Below are positions 49,584 through 60,148 of a stretch of DNA of 64,000 nucleotides, piece after piece (within the stretch, counting starts at the first letter, position 1; every line of letters begins with the position of its first letter). The position numbers and the translations under genes were made by a program. The notes beneath the pieces are model-generated. The model did no database searches. It saw only the letters and a list, made by a program, of their open reading frames with translations, and was not told the DNA's origin. This stretch comes from Candidatus Omnitrophota bacterium (GTDB lineage Bacteria > Omnitrophota > Gorgyraeia > Zapsychrales > Fredricksoniimonadaceae), in assembly GCA_903860135.1 (NCBI GenBank), contig CAIOPG010000009.1, forward strand, positions 175,805-239,804, written 5' to 3'.

Positions 49584-50747
49584 TTACGCGAGGACTTTGG
49601 CCATCCGCCTTACCGCCTCGTGGATCCGCTCGACGGGCAACGTGAGCGACATGCGCACATAGCCCTCGCCGTGCTTGCCGAAACCGACACCCGGGGTGAG
49701 CACAATATCAGCCTGTTCAAGGAACGCCTTGCTGCACGCCATGGAATCCGGGAACTTTGATGGCACTTTGGCCCAGACATAAAAAGCCGCCTTGGGCGGA
49801 TCGATCTTCCAGCCAATGGCGCGGCAACCATTGATCAGCGCATCGCGCCGTTCCTGATACACCAGACGCATGTCCTCGATCTCCGCCGGATCCATCTTGA
49901 GCGCGGCGATCCCCGCATACTGGATGGCATTGAAAACACCTGAATCCACGTTGGACTTGACCCTCGCCAGCGCAGCGACGAGCTGGGCATTGCCACAAGC
50001 CCAGCCAAGACGCCAACCGGTCATGAAATACGTCTTTGAGAAAGAATGAAATTCAATGGCGATATCCCTGGCTCCCGGGATTTCAAGGATGCTCGGCGGC
50101 TTAAGGCCGTCATAATAAACTTCCGAATACGCCAGGTCCGACACGATAATAATATTCTTCGCCGTACACACACGCACAAGCTCGGTGTAAAACTCTTTAT
50201 TGGCCACGGCCGACGTCGGATTATTCGGATAACAAACAATGATGGCTTTCACATTCTTGGCTTCTTCAATATCAGCGATCTTCGGCAGAAAATCGTTGGA
50301 GGCTTTCAGTGGCAGGTACTGGATCTTCCCGCCGGCAAAAGCAACCGCCGCCTGGTACGCCGGATACGCCGGATCCGTCAAAAGAACTTTATCGCCGGGA
50401 TTTATGACCGCCAATGGAAAATGCGCTAACCCTTCTTTGGAACCGATGAGCGGATAGATCTCGCTGGCAGGATCAAGATCGACTCCAAAACGCCCCTTGA
50501 ACCACCGCGCAATATCGATCCTTAATTGCGGGACACCGGCGTCAAAAGGGTAATGATGGTTCTTCCCGTCGGCGATCGCCTTCTGCATGGCGTCAATGAT
50601 AGGTTGATGGGTCGTCTGATCCGGATCACCCACCCCCAGATTGATCACGTCACGCCCCTGGGCCAATGCTTCACGCTTGGCTTTGTCTATTTCAAGAAAA
50701 AGATACGGCGGCAACTGTTTTAAACGTTCAGCTATTTCAATATTCAT
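49584..50747 (-). CDS. dapL: LL-diaminopimelate aminotransferase (DapL type; class I PLP aminotransferase)
   Basis: N-terminus LKQLPPYLFLEIDKAK..VINLGVGDPD, PLP-Lys motif SFSKTYFMTGWRLGW; sits in a dapB/dapA/dapF/lysA cluster without dapD/C/E. Confidence 0.75.
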   Translation of the reverse strand: MNIEIAERLKQLPPYLFLEIDKAKREALAQGRDVINLGVGDPDQTTHQPIIDAMQKAIADGKNHHYPFDAGVPQLRIDIARWFKGRFGVDLDPASEIYPLIGSKEGLAHFPLAVINPGDKVLLTDPAYPAYQAAVAFAGGKIQYLPLKASNDFLPKIADIEEAKNVKAIIVCYPNNPTSAVANKEFYTELVRVCTAKNIIIVSDLAYSEVYYDGLKPPSILEIPGARDIAIEFHSFSKTYFMTGWRLGWACGNAQLVAALARVKSNVDSGVFNAIQYAGIAALKMDPAEIEDMRLVYQERRDALINGCRAIGWKIDPPKAAFYVWAKVPSKFPDSMACSKAFLEQADIVLTPGVGFGKHGEGYVRMSLTLPVERIHEAVRRMAKVLA

Positions 50748-51463
50748 TGACCCATCCCCAAAACTTCGCCCATATTAAAGAAACCTTTATCCTTCTTGGC
50801 AATGAACTTTGCGGCGAGCAAAGCCCCTTCGGCGAACATGCCGCGCGTCTTGGCATTGTGGCTGATCTCAATGGTATCGACCCCGCTGTCGAACGTGACC
50901 TTGTGATAGCCGACAACTTCCCCCTCGCGAACAGACGCGATATCCGCCACTTTCTTGTGTGCCGCATTCTCAATGACCTCAGCCATGGTCTTGGCCGTTC
51001 CCGAAGGCGCATCCTTCTTGTGAATGTGGTGCGTCTCGGTGATAGAAATATTATACGCCTTTAATGCTTCTCCCATTTTCTTCAAGAGACCAAAAACAAG
51101 ATTCACCCCCACCGACATATTCGTGGACTGAACGATCGCTACCTTCTCTGACGCCACGGCGATCTCGGCACGCTGGGCATCGGAAAGCCCCGTCGTCCCG
51201 ATCACGATGCCCACATCATATTTCAAACACGCCGCCAAATTATTCATCGTCGGTTCCGGCAAGGTGAAATCAATCAAAACATCCGCCCCCTTGATGGCAC
51301 TGATATCCCGTGCAATGGTGATGCCGTGCATCGATAAGGGGACATCCGTCCTGCTCGGACTTTCGATGAGTGCAACGATCTGAAAATCTTTATCCTTAAG
51401 GGCAAGTTCCGTAATAAATTGCCCCATCCTGCCCCAGCACCCTGTAATAGCCAGTTTGATCAT
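50744..51463 (-). CDS. dapB: 4-hydroxy-tetrahydrodipicolinate reductase
   Basis: MIKLAITGCWGRMGQ (NAD(P) binding), ..VGIVIGTTG.., HHIHKKDAPSGTA (E/HHxxKxDxPSGTA signature). Start set to ATG 51461-51463. Confidence 0.85.
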   Translation of the reverse strand: MIKLAITGCWGRMGQFITELALKDKDFQIVALIESPSRTDVPLSMHGITIARDISAIKGADVLIDFTLPEPTMNNLAACLKYDVGIVIGTTGLSDAQRAEIAVASEKVAIVQSTNMSVGVNLVFGLLKKMGEALKAYNISITETHHIHKKDAPSGTAKTMAEVIENAAHKKVADIASVREGEVVGYHKVTFDSGVDTIEISHNAKTRGMFAEGALLAAKFIAKKDKGFFNMGEVLGMGQ

Positions 51464-51498
51464 ACATTCCTTTTCACGCACAACAAAAGTCTGCGCGG

Positions 51499-52374
51499 TT
51501 AAATTAATTGATACTCTTTGAGCGACTTCTTGAGCTTGGCAAGATTCTCAGGTAACATCTCGCACAGAGGGAGACGCAATTTCGGAGAACACACCCCCAT
51601 CAACCCACAAGCTGTCTTGACCGGGATCGGATTGGTCTCGATGAACATCGCCTTGATGATCGCCTGAAGCTTTGCCTGCTTGGCCTCTGCCTCTTTGACT
51701 TTACCTTTAAGCATCAATTCAACAACCTCTGAAACTTCCTTTGGCATAATATTGGCCAGCACAGAAATAACGCCGGCCCCCCCGAGCTTCATCATCGGGA
51801 TCGTGAGGGCATCATCACCCGAAAGCAGGTCAAACTTCTTGCCGCAGGCCTCTTTGACCGCACGCGCCTGATCCAGATTGCCCGAAGCTTCCTTCACACC
51901 AACGATATTCTTACAGTCTTTCGCCAAGCGGCAAACTGTCTCTGTTTCGATATTGCGCGCGCAACGGCCTTCAATATTGTACAGGATGATCGGGATCTTG
52001 ACGCTGTCGGCTACCGCTTTGAAATGCAAGTAAAGCCCCTGCTGGGTCGGCTTATTGTAATAAGGCGTCACCACCAGCGCGGCGTCGGCACCGGATTCCT
52101 CGGCATGACGGGTCAGACGCACCGCTTCTGCCGTCGAGTTCGACCCTGTCCCAGCGATGACCGGGATCCGGCGGCGCACCACATCGACCGTGATCTCGAT
52201 CACCTTGTCATGTTCTTCATGCGATAAAGTTGGCGACTCTCCCGTCGTTCCGCAAGGAACAATCCCCTTTGTGCCATTAACGATCTGCCGCTCAATCAAC
52301 TCCGCGAGTTTCCACTCGTCAACGCCATGATCTGTAAACGGTGTGACGAGCGCCACAATAGACCCCTTGAACAT
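51499..52374 (-). CDS. dapA: 4-hydroxy-tetrahydrodipicolinate synthase
   Basis: GSIVALVTPF..GIVPCGTTGESPTLS.., Schiff-base Lys region YNKPTQQG. Confidence 0.9.
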   Translation of the reverse strand: MFKGSIVALVTPFTDHGVDEWKLAELIERQIVNGTKGIVPCGTTGESPTLSHEEHDKVIEITVDVVRRRIPVIAGTGSNSTAEAVRLTRHAEESGADAALVVTPYYNKPTQQGLYLHFKAVADSVKIPIILYNIEGRCARNIETETVCRLAKDCKNIVGVKEASGNLDQARAVKEACGKKFDLLSGDDALTIPMMKLGGAGVISVLANIMPKEVSEVVELMLKGKVKEAEAKQAKLQAIIKAMFIETNPIPVKTACGLMGVCSPKLRLPLCEMLPENLAKLKKSLKEYQLI

Positions 52375-52401
52375 AACCCCTCCTCAGAATAAAGCCCTAC
52401 G

Positions 52402-53262
52402 TTATTTCGCCAAACTGCCTGGATAATAATATTCACCCTTACAAATAAAGCGCGCATTGCCCTTTAACCAGACATTACTGACTAAGGGCTTGGCATCAAC
52501 CATATCAAGATCAAAACTCACATCAAGCATTTCACCGCTCTTGGTCAACACCCGAACCAACGCGCCCTGACAGGCGAGCAGTTTCGTCGTGCCTTGAAGA
52601 TACCCGATCAACGCCGCCGCCACGCTCCCGGTGCCGCAGGCCAGTGTTTCCGCTTCAACACCACGTTCATAAGTACGCACCGCGAGGTACCCCTCCTTGA
52701 CGCGCTCAACGAAATTGACATTCGTCCCTTTGGGCGCAAAAGCCTGATGATGACGGATAAGGCGTCCCAGGGCTTCGATCTCCATTTCCTGGATCCCCTG
52801 AACAAAGATAACTGTATGGGGAACGCCGGTATTAATGAAATGGACGCTCATTTTCTTGTCGGCCACCTTGATCTCGATATCCGCACGATAATCCTTGGGC
52901 GCACTCAACTGAACCGAGGCCATCTCGCCACTGGCACTGGCATGGATCTTGCCCGCCAGCGTCTCCATCGTAAAGACCTCGGGCACCAGCGCAAACTTGT
53001 GCGCAATGTAAACCGCCATGCAACGCGCGCCATTACCACACATCTCGGCTTCAGAGCCGTCGGCATTGATGATGCGCATCTTGTGATCAGCGGATTCCGA
53101 GCGGGAAAGGACCATGACACCATCAGCACCGATCCCCAGATGCCGGTCACAAACCTTCACGGCCAAAGACGCATAATCCATAGAAGGATCATGGTCAATG
53201 ATAACGAAATCATTGCCAGCCCCCTGCATCTTGACAAAAGGCACCCTCACAGCATTGATCAT
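52402..53262 (-). CDS. dapF: Diaminopimelate epimerase
   Basis: FVKMQGAGNDFVIID (N-terminal catalytic Cys region ..NADGSEAEMCGNGARC..) and second Cys LACGTGSVA. Confidence 0.9.
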   Translation of the reverse strand: MINAVRVPFVKMQGAGNDFVIIDHDPSMDYASLAVKVCDRHLGIGADGVMVLSRSESADHKMRIINADGSEAEMCGNGARCMAVYIAHKFALVPEVFTMETLAGKIHASASGEMASVQLSAPKDYRADIEIKVADKKMSVHFINTGVPHTVIFVQGIQEMEIEALGRLIRHHQAFAPKGTNVNFVERVKEGYLAVRTYERGVEAETLACGTGSVAAALIGYLQGTTKLLACQGALVRVLTKSGEMLDVSFDLDMVDAKPLVSNVWLKGNARFICKGEYYYPGSLAK

Positions 53263-54536
53263 TTCAAATACTCCGGGATAATGGATCCACGCACCAGATC
53301 CTTGAATGTTTCACGTTCCTTGACGACATCCCAAGCCCCGCCGCTCACCATCACTTCCACGGGGCGCGGCCGCGCATTGTAATTACTCGCCATCGCATAA
53401 CCATAAGCCCCGGCAGAAAGAAGCGCTAAATATTGGCCATCCCTGATATCAGGCACCTTGCGGTCATGGGCAAAGACATCCGCACTCTCACAAACAGGGC
53501 CGACCACATCGCAAACGATCGAACGTGCCCCTGACTTCTCCAGAGGAATGATCTCGTGATGGGCGTCGTACATCGACGGGCGCACCAGGTCGTTCATCCC
53601 GGCATCGACGATCATGAATTTCTTAAGACCATTATCCTTGGTGTAAAGCTTGCGGGTCACAAAAATACCCGCATTCCCAACAATGAAACGCCCCGGCTCC
53701 ATGATCAGGCGTAAGCGACGATCCTTCAAGAGAGGCACAACTTTACGGGCATAATCGAGGGCATTCTGCGGCTCTTCATCTTTATAAATAATACCCAAGC
53801 CGCCGCCAATATCAAAATATTCAATGACAACACCCTGAGCTGCCAGATCATCAATGAACGCCAGCGCCTTCTTGATCGCCGTGATGAACGGAGCACCTTC
53901 CGTGATCTGTGACCCGATATGAATATGCACCCCGTTCATGCGTACCGACGGGTATTTCTCACGGTCAAGGAACAGCTGCCTTGCCGTTGACAGGTCAATG
54001 CCGAATTTCTTTTTCAAGCTTCCGGTATTGATCTTGTCATGGGTAGGGGCATCGATATCAGGATTGATGCGCAACGCCAGCATAACCTTCTTGCGCAAAC
54101 CGGCAGCAATGCGATTGATATTTTCGAGCTCCGGCAGAGACTCAACATTGAACAAAAGTATACCAGCGCTGATCGCCAACCGGATATCGTCATCCGTCTT
54201 GCCGACAGAAGCGAACACCACTTTCCGCATGTCCGCACCGATCAATTTGGCCTTGCGGAGCTCCCCTCCTGAAACAATATCAAAACCAGACCCTTCACGG
54301 GCAAGTGCCTTGAGCACCGCAAGGTTGGCATTGGCTTTCATCGCAAAGCATATCACCGGATCGAGCGGCTCGAAGGCCTTGGCGAGCTTGCGGTAATGCT
54401 CGACGAGCGTGGTGTAACTGTAAATATACGCCGGCGTACCCGTCTTCTCAACAATAGCACTCACCCTCACGCCTTCGCAATGCAGCGCGCCGTCTATATA
54501 TTTGAAATCATGGATGGGATGTGAAAAACTTTTCAT
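53259..54536 (-). CDS. lysA: Diaminopimelate decarboxylase
   Basis: TPAYIYSYTTLVEHY.., PLP Lys FAMKAN, ..HIHIGSQI.., C-terminal YGYAMASNYNARPRP. Confidence 0.9.
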   Translation of the reverse strand: MKSFSHPIHDFKYIDGALHCEGVRVSAIVEKTGTPAYIYSYTTLVEHYRKLAKAFEPLDPVICFAMKANANLAVLKALAREGSGFDIVSGGELRKAKLIGADMRKVVFASVGKTDDDIRLAISAGILLFNVESLPELENINRIAAGLRKKVMLALRINPDIDAPTHDKINTGSLKKKFGIDLSTARQLFLDREKYPSVRMNGVHIHIGSQITEGAPFITAIKKALAFIDDLAAQGVVIEYFDIGGGLGIIYKDEEPQNALDYARKVVPLLKDRRLRLIMEPGRFIVGNAGIFVTRKLYTKDNGLKKFMIVDAGMNDLVRPSMYDAHHEIIPLEKSGARSIVCDVVGPVCESADVFAHDRKVPDIRDGQYLALLSAGAYGYAMASNYNARPRPVEVMVSGGAWDVVKERETFKDLVRGSIIPEYLK

Positions 54537-55909
54537 TTAAGTCGCTTTTTCCAAAGACTGATCTGTGCCCGTACCATGTCCGGGTTCGTCGAACCCAGCG
54601 ATTTCTTGATCTTCACAGAAACATCCGGCCGGAGAAGGTTGGTCATGTCATCTTCAAACTGCATCGAATATTTCTTGAGCTGGCCCACATTCATGTCCGA
54701 GATCTTGCGCCCGTGATCGAGGCATTCCTTGACCATAGCCCCAACGGTGTCATGTGCGTCGCGGTAAGATACCCCCTTCTTGACAAGATAATCCAGGATG
54801 TCGACGGAAAAGAAATACTCGCTGGTGATGCGATCCTTAAGGACATCTTTCTTCACCTGGATACCGCCAAAAACATGCGCCATGATCTCGAGCATATCCT
54901 CAATGGTCTCGACCGTCTCAAATAAGCCAGGCTTATCCATCTGCATATCGCGGTTATACGTCAAGGGCAACGCTTTCATCAAGACCAGTGCCTCGACCAG
55001 CCGCCCAGGGAATTTCGATGCCGTACCGCGGACCAATTCAAGGACATCCGGATTCTTCTTGTGCGGCATGATCGATGAGCCCGTGCAAAACTCGTCGCTA
55101 ATGGAAATAAAATTAAACTCACTGGTCACCCAGAGGATGAGATCCTCACAGATGCGCGTGAGGTGCATCCCGGTGATGGCCGCTGCGGACATGATCTCGA
55201 TGATAAAGTCACGGTCAGACACAGAGTCAATGCTGTTGGCGGATGTCTTGGCAAACCCCAGTTTTTGCGTGACAAAATCACGGTCCGTCGGCAACGATGT
55301 GCCCGCCAGCGCGCAGGCCCCCAAGCTATTGATACTCGTGCGCTTGAGGGCATCCTCAAAACGCGCTTTATCACGCTCGATCATCTCGACATACGCCAGC
55401 ATATGATGCGCCAACAGAACAACCTGGGCCGACTGAAGATGTGTGTACGCCGGGATAATAACATCCTTGTTCTTGTCGGCAAAAGTAACAACAGCGACCT
55501 GCATTTTCCTGATCAGGGTCATGATATGCGCGATATGCTCCATGCAGTAAAGACGGACATCCGTCACCACCTGATCATTGCGCGAACGTGCCGTATGCAA
55601 CTTGTCCGCCGGCTGACCAATGAGTTTCCGCAACTGGATCTGGATATCGGTGTGAATATCTTCAGAGGAAGGGTCGCAGATATATTCCCCGTCCTTGATC
55701 GTTTTTAGAAGCGTTTTAAGGCCTCCGGTGATGGCACTGGCGTCCTTCTTGGGAATAATGCCCTGTTCGCCGAGCATCTGGGCATGGGCAATGCTTGCCT
55801 CGCAGTCGTACTTGGCCAATTTGGCATCATACGCTGTGCTGTAAGTGAACTTTTCGGAAAGCTTGCTCAGACTTCCGGTGAAACGCGAACCCCATAGACG
55901 TGCTGCCAT
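54533..55909 (-). CDS. argH: Argininosuccinate lyase
   Basis: LWGSRFTG..; fumarate-lyase signature GSSIMPHKKNPD. Confidence 0.95.
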   Translation of the reverse strand: MAARLWGSRFTGSLSKLSEKFTYSTAYDAKLAKYDCEASIAHAQMLGEQGIIPKKDASAITGGLKTLLKTIKDGEYICDPSSEDIHTDIQIQLRKLIGQPADKLHTARSRNDQVVTDVRLYCMEHIAHIMTLIRKMQVAVVTFADKNKDVIIPAYTHLQSAQVVLLAHHMLAYVEMIERDKARFEDALKRTSINSLGACALAGTSLPTDRDFVTQKLGFAKTSANSIDSVSDRDFIIEIMSAAAITGMHLTRICEDLILWVTSEFNFISISDEFCTGSSIMPHKKNPDVLELVRGTASKFPGRLVEALVLMKALPLTYNRDMQMDKPGLFETVETIEDMLEIMAHVFGGIQVKKDVLKDRITSEYFFSVDILDYLVKKGVSYRDAHDTVGAMVKECLDHGRKISDMNVGQLKKYSMQFEDDMTNLLRPDVSVKIKKSLGSTNPDMVRAQISLWKKRLK

Positions 55910-55941
55910 AAGAATCTCCCTGCCACAGCAAAACTAAAAAC

Positions 55942-57117
55942 TTACTGGTGACGCTGAAACGGAACAGTCCAAAGTTTAATGAAACCTTCCGCGAGTGATT
56001 GATCAAACGTGTCGCCCTTGCCGTAGGTGGCCATCTTTTCGCTGTAACGCGAATGCGGCGATCGGCGACCGACCACCATGGCATGCCCCTTGTAAAGCTT
56101 GATGCGCACCGTGCCTGTGGTGTTAACATGATAGGCATTGAAAAACGCATCCATTTGAGCTTTAAGCGGTGTCCACCACAAACCATTATACGTCAACTCG
56201 GCGTATTTTTGGGAAAGGATCTCCTTGAAGCGCAGGCTGTCGCGGTCAAGCACAAGGCTTTCGATCTCGCGAATACCCAAATGCAACACAGCACCGGCGG
56301 GATTCTCATAAAGCTCGCGGGACTTGATCCCCACGAGGCGGTTCTCGATCATATCCACACGGCCAACGCCATGACGCCCGGCGATGGCATTCAGCTCAAG
56401 GACAAGCTCCAAAGGTTTCAACTGACGGCCATCGACCGACACAGGAACGCCTTTAACAAAACCGATCTCGACATAACCCGGTTTAGCCGGTGCTTTCTCC
56501 GGATTTACCGTCATGGAAAATACATCCTCGGGCGGCTCTACCATCGGGTCTTCGAGGAGGCCGCTTTCAATGGCCTTACCGTAAACATTGGTGTCAATGC
56601 TGTACGGGCTCTTCTTGGTGGCAGACACCGGCACCCCCTTGGACTTGGCGTAATCGATCTCTTCGTCGCGCGACTTGAATTCCCATACACGCACCGGCGC
56701 GATCACTTCCATCGACGGCTCCATGAGGCGGTAGGTCACTTCAAACCTGACCTGGTCATTGCCTTTCCCGGTACAGCCATGCACCAATCCGGCCGCCTTT
56801 TCCTTGCGGGCGATCTGGACCTGATGATGCGCAATGAGCGGACGGGAAAGCGCGCACGCTAAATTGTATTTGCCCTCATAAAGCGCTCCGGCCTTAAGGG
56901 CGGGGATCGCATAATCTTCGATCAATTCCTGACGAAGATCCAGGCAATACGCCTTCGAAGCCCCGGACTTTATCGCCTTCTCCTTGACCTTGGTAAAATC
57001 ATCACCCTGCCCCACATTACCGATCACCGCGATAATTTCATAACCCCGATCCTTAAGCCACGGAATAATGCAGGAAGTATCAAGCCCACCCGAATACGCC
57101 AAAACAACTTTCTTCAT
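55942..57117 (-). CDS. argG: Argininosuccinate synthase
   Basis: Start set at ATG 57115-57117: MKKVVLAYSGGLDTS (PP-loop); the 59-aa ORF-track extension overlaps argF. Confidence 0.9.
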   Translation of the reverse strand: MKKVVLAYSGGLDTSCIIPWLKDRGYEIIAVIGNVGQGDDFTKVKEKAIKSGASKAYCLDLRQELIEDYAIPALKAGALYEGKYNLACALSRPLIAHHQVQIARKEKAAGLVHGCTGKGNDQVRFEVTYRLMEPSMEVIAPVRVWEFKSRDEEIDYAKSKGVPVSATKKSPYSIDTNVYGKAIESGLLEDPMVEPPEDVFSMTVNPEKAPAKPGYVEIGFVKGVPVSVDGRQLKPLELVLELNAIAGRHGVGRVDMIENRLVGIKSRELYENPAGAVLHLGIREIESLVLDRDSLRFKEILSQKYAELTYNGLWWTPLKAQMDAFFNAYHVNTTGTVRIKLYKGHAMVVGRRSPHSRYSEKMATYGKGDTFDQSLAEGFIKLWTVPFQRHQ

Positions 57118-57136
57118 CGCACAACCCCTTTCCTGA

Positions 57137-58054
57137 TCAAGTATATAAGAAAACCATGACCGCCTTCTGCACATGCAGGCGGTTTTCTGCCTCGTCGAAA
57201 ATAACCGAATGAGGACCGTCAATAACATCCTCGGAAACTTCCTGCCCGCGATGCGCCGGCAAGCAATGCATAAAGATATAATCCTTGTCGGCAACAGCCG
57301 TCAAGGTCTGGTCAATGCAATACCCCTTAAAATCCTTCAAACGCTTCAGGGTCTCGCTTTCCTGCCCCATACTCACCCACGTGTCGGTATAAAGAATATG
57401 AGCATCTGCCGCCGCTGCAGCGGGGTCGCGCATCAACTCGATCCTGGCTCCTGTTGCCGCTGCCAAAGCACGCGCCCGGGTCACAAATACGGCATCTGGC
57501 GCATAACCCGCCGGTGTCGCCACACTCATGTGCATCCCGGTCATGGCACAAGCCAACATCAGGGAATTGGTCATATTATTCCCGTCGCCGATATACGCCA
57601 GTTTAAGCCCCGCCAGATTGCCGAACTTTTCCCTGATCGTCAGGATATCTGCCAAAGCCTGGCAGGGGTGTGAATGATCCGACAACGCATTGATCACCGG
57701 CACATCCGCATAGCGTGCCAGATCAACGAGATCCCGATGAAAGAAAACACGCGCAATGATCCCGCCGACATACCGCGACAGCGTCCTGGCGATATCTGCC
57801 GTTGGTTCACGTTTTCCGAGGCTGATATCATCGGGCGCAAGATAGATCGCATTGCCGCCAAGTTGAAAAATACCCGTCTCAAAAGAAACGCGGGTGCGAT
57901 TCGACGGCTTTTGAAAGATCATGGCCATGGATTTCCCCGCCAGAAGTCCGGCATGCAGCCCCGGATTTTTCTTTAACTGCGCGGCAAGGTCCAGGATGGC
58001 CAACAGATCCGCTGGTGAACTATCCCCGATCGAAATGAAATCTCTTTTTTTCAT
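57137..58054 (-). CDS. argF: Ornithine carbamoyltransferase
   Basis: STRTR-like SNRTRVSFE, HPCQ.LAD (HPCQALAD), ..FMHCLPA.. Confidence 0.9.
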   Translation of the reverse strand: MKKRDFISIGDSSPADLLAILDLAAQLKKNPGLHAGLLAGKSMAMIFQKPSNRTRVSFETGIFQLGGNAIYLAPDDISLGKREPTADIARTLSRYVGGIIARVFFHRDLVDLARYADVPVINALSDHSHPCQALADILTIREKFGNLAGLKLAYIGDGNNMTNSLMLACAMTGMHMSVATPAGYAPDAVFVTRARALAAATGARIELMRDPAAAAADAHILYTDTWVSMGQESETLKRLKDFKGYCIDQTLTAVADKDYIFMHCLPAHRGQEVSEDVIDGPHSVIFDEAENRLHVQKAVMVFLYT

Positions 58055-59253
58055 ATTGTCCTCTGCTGGGCCGTCACCGTAAAAACTTTTTCAAGGATAT
58101 CCAACGCCTTGACTGCCTGCTTGAGCGTCACATTCAGCGCCGGCATGATGCGCAACACACGGCCCTGGGTGCAATTGATGATCAGGCCCCTGGCAAGGCA
58201 TTCATCAAAAACAGGTTTCCCCTCAACAGACAACTCAACCCCGATCATGAGGCCAAGCCCGCGCACATCGACCATAAAAGGAAACCGTGCCTGCATCGCC
58301 TTCAACCGTTCCGTCATATAAAGTCCGATCCGCCTGGCATTGGCGATCATCTTGTCCCTGCGGATCGCTTCAAAAACACCCAATGCCGCCTTGGTCACCA
58401 GCGGGCTTCCCCCGAAAGTCGTTCCGTGCATGCCAGGCTGAAGAAGGTGCGCCACTGACCGGCGCGCCAGCATGGCACCGATCGGCAACCCGCCGCCCAG
58501 CCCTTTGGCCAAGGTCATCACATCCGGCTCAATGCCATAATGCTCGAAAGCGAACATTTTCCCGGTGCGCCCCAACCCTGTCTGAACTTCATCGGCAATA
58601 AAAAGCAAATTCCTGTCATCGCACAACCGGCGGATGGCGCTGACATACTCCGGTGTGGCCACATTGATCCCGCCCTCCCCCTGGACAAGCTCGATCATCA
58701 CCGCGACCGTCCTTGGTGTCACCGCGGCAAGGAGTGCCTTGATATCATTGAAAGGAACCGCGACAAACCCCTGCGGTAACGGCGCGAACCCTTCCTGATA
58801 CTTCTTCTGCGGCGTTGCGGCAAGGGCACCTAAGGTACGCCCATGAAAAGCATTCAATGTCGTGATGATCTCAAAACGCTCACCACCGCCAAAAAGACGC
58901 GCGAACTTGATCGCCGCCTCATTGGCTTCAGCCCCGCTGTTGCAAAAGAACAGTTTCCCGTCAAAGGACTGGCGTACGATCTCGCGGGCCAGTTTGGCCT
59001 GATTGATCCCGAAGAAATTATTCGGTAAATGAATGAGTTTTGAAACCTGGTCGCGCACAGCCGCCATGACTTTGGGATGGCAATGCCCCACATTGGACAC
59101 ACCCCAACCCGGGAAAAAATCGAGGTATTTCTTGCCGTCAATGTCTGTCAGCACACTCCCTTTGCCCTTCACAAAAACAACAGGCAACCGGGTGTACGTC
59201 GGAAAAACGTACTGGTCATACGCTTCAAAAACATCTTGCTTGGTCATAAGCAT
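58051..59253 (-). CDS. argD: Acetylornithine aminotransferase
   Basis: Class III aminotransferase; ..LIADEVQTGLGRTG.. and PLP-Lys LAKGLGGGLP. Confidence 0.9.
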   Translation of the reverse strand: MLMTKQDVFEAYDQYVFPTYTRLPVVFVKGKGSVLTDIDGKKYLDFFPGWGVSNVGHCHPKVMAAVRDQVSKLIHLPNNFFGINQAKLAREIVRQSFDGKLFFCNSGAEANEAAIKFARLFGGGERFEIITTLNAFHGRTLGALAATPQKKYQEGFAPLPQGFVAVPFNDIKALLAAVTPRTVAVMIELVQGEGGINVATPEYVSAIRRLCDDRNLLFIADEVQTGLGRTGKMFAFEHYGIEPDVMTLAKGLGGGLPIGAMLARRSVAHLLQPGMHGTTFGGSPLVTKAALGVFEAIRRDKMIANARRIGLYMTERLKAMQARFPFMVDVRGLGLMIGVELSVEGKPVFDECLARGLIINCTQGRVLRIMPALNVTLKQAVKALDILEKVFTVTAQQRTI

Positions 59254-59293
59254 AACACCAAAATTTAGGAGGTAAAAGACCGCAGACGATCAC

Positions 59294-60148
59294 TCACCCC
59301 TGAATGATCTGCGTCCCGACACCCGTGTCGGTAAATATTTCCAGCAGAAGGGCGCGGTCAAGGCGCGCGTCGATGATATGCGCTTTAGGAATACCGCCCA
59401 GAAGCGCCTCAACACACGAATCAACCTTGGGGATCATCCCGCCGGAAATAACCCCCTCTTTCTTCAAGCGGTCCACATCAGACCTGGTCAGCGTTGAACA
59501 CAAGGTGGCTGGATCCTTTGGGTCGAGCATGACCCCCGGCACATTCGTCAAAAGGACAAATTTCTCGGCACACAGGGATGCCGCGATCGCGCTGGCAACT
59601 TCGTCAGCATTCACATTATGTGTCTGCTGTGCCGCACCGACCCCCAGCGGCGAGATCACCGTGATATACCCCTGATGCAGATGTGTCTCGATGATCCGGC
59701 GTTCGATATTGGTGATCGTCCCGACAAAACCCAGGTCACGTTCAGCGTTCTTCTTTTCAACATAAACAATATTCTCCTGCCCGCGCAGCCCGGTCACATC
59801 CCCTTTGAGCGAACGGATCTCGTCGACGATCTGACGGTTGATGTCATCCAGCTCTTCAATGACGATCTGGAGCGTCTGTTCATCTGTCACACGGATACCC
59901 TTGTGGAACTGCGGCTCAACGCCAATGGCTTTCAGGCGGCTTGAAATGTGCGGCCCGCCGCCATGGATCAAAATAATGCGGATACCGACATAGCTCAAAA
60001 AAACAATATCTTCGAGCACCCGCCGGCGGATCACATCATCATGCAGGATACTGCCGCCGTATTTGATGACAAAAACTTTCTTACGGAACTGCTGGATATA
60101 CGGGATGGCCTCGACGAGAACGCCGGCTTTTTTAATTATAGTTTCCAT
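59294..60148 (-). CDS. argB: Acetylglutamate kinase
   Basis: VFVIKYGGS.., ..IHGGGP.. amino-acid kinase family. Confidence 0.9.
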   Translation of the reverse strand: METIIKKAGVLVEAIPYIQQFRKKVFVIKYGGSILHDDVIRRRVLEDIVFLSYVGIRIILIHGGGPHISSRLKAIGVEPQFHKGIRVTDEQTLQIVIEELDDINRQIVDEIRSLKGDVTGLRGQENIVYVEKKNAERDLGFVGTITNIERRIIETHLHQGYITVISPLGVGAAQQTHNVNADEVASAIAASLCAEKFVLLTNVPGVMLDPKDPATLCSTLTRSDVDRLKKEGVISGGMIPKVDSCVEALLGGIPKAHIIDARLDRALLLEIFTDTGVGTQIIQG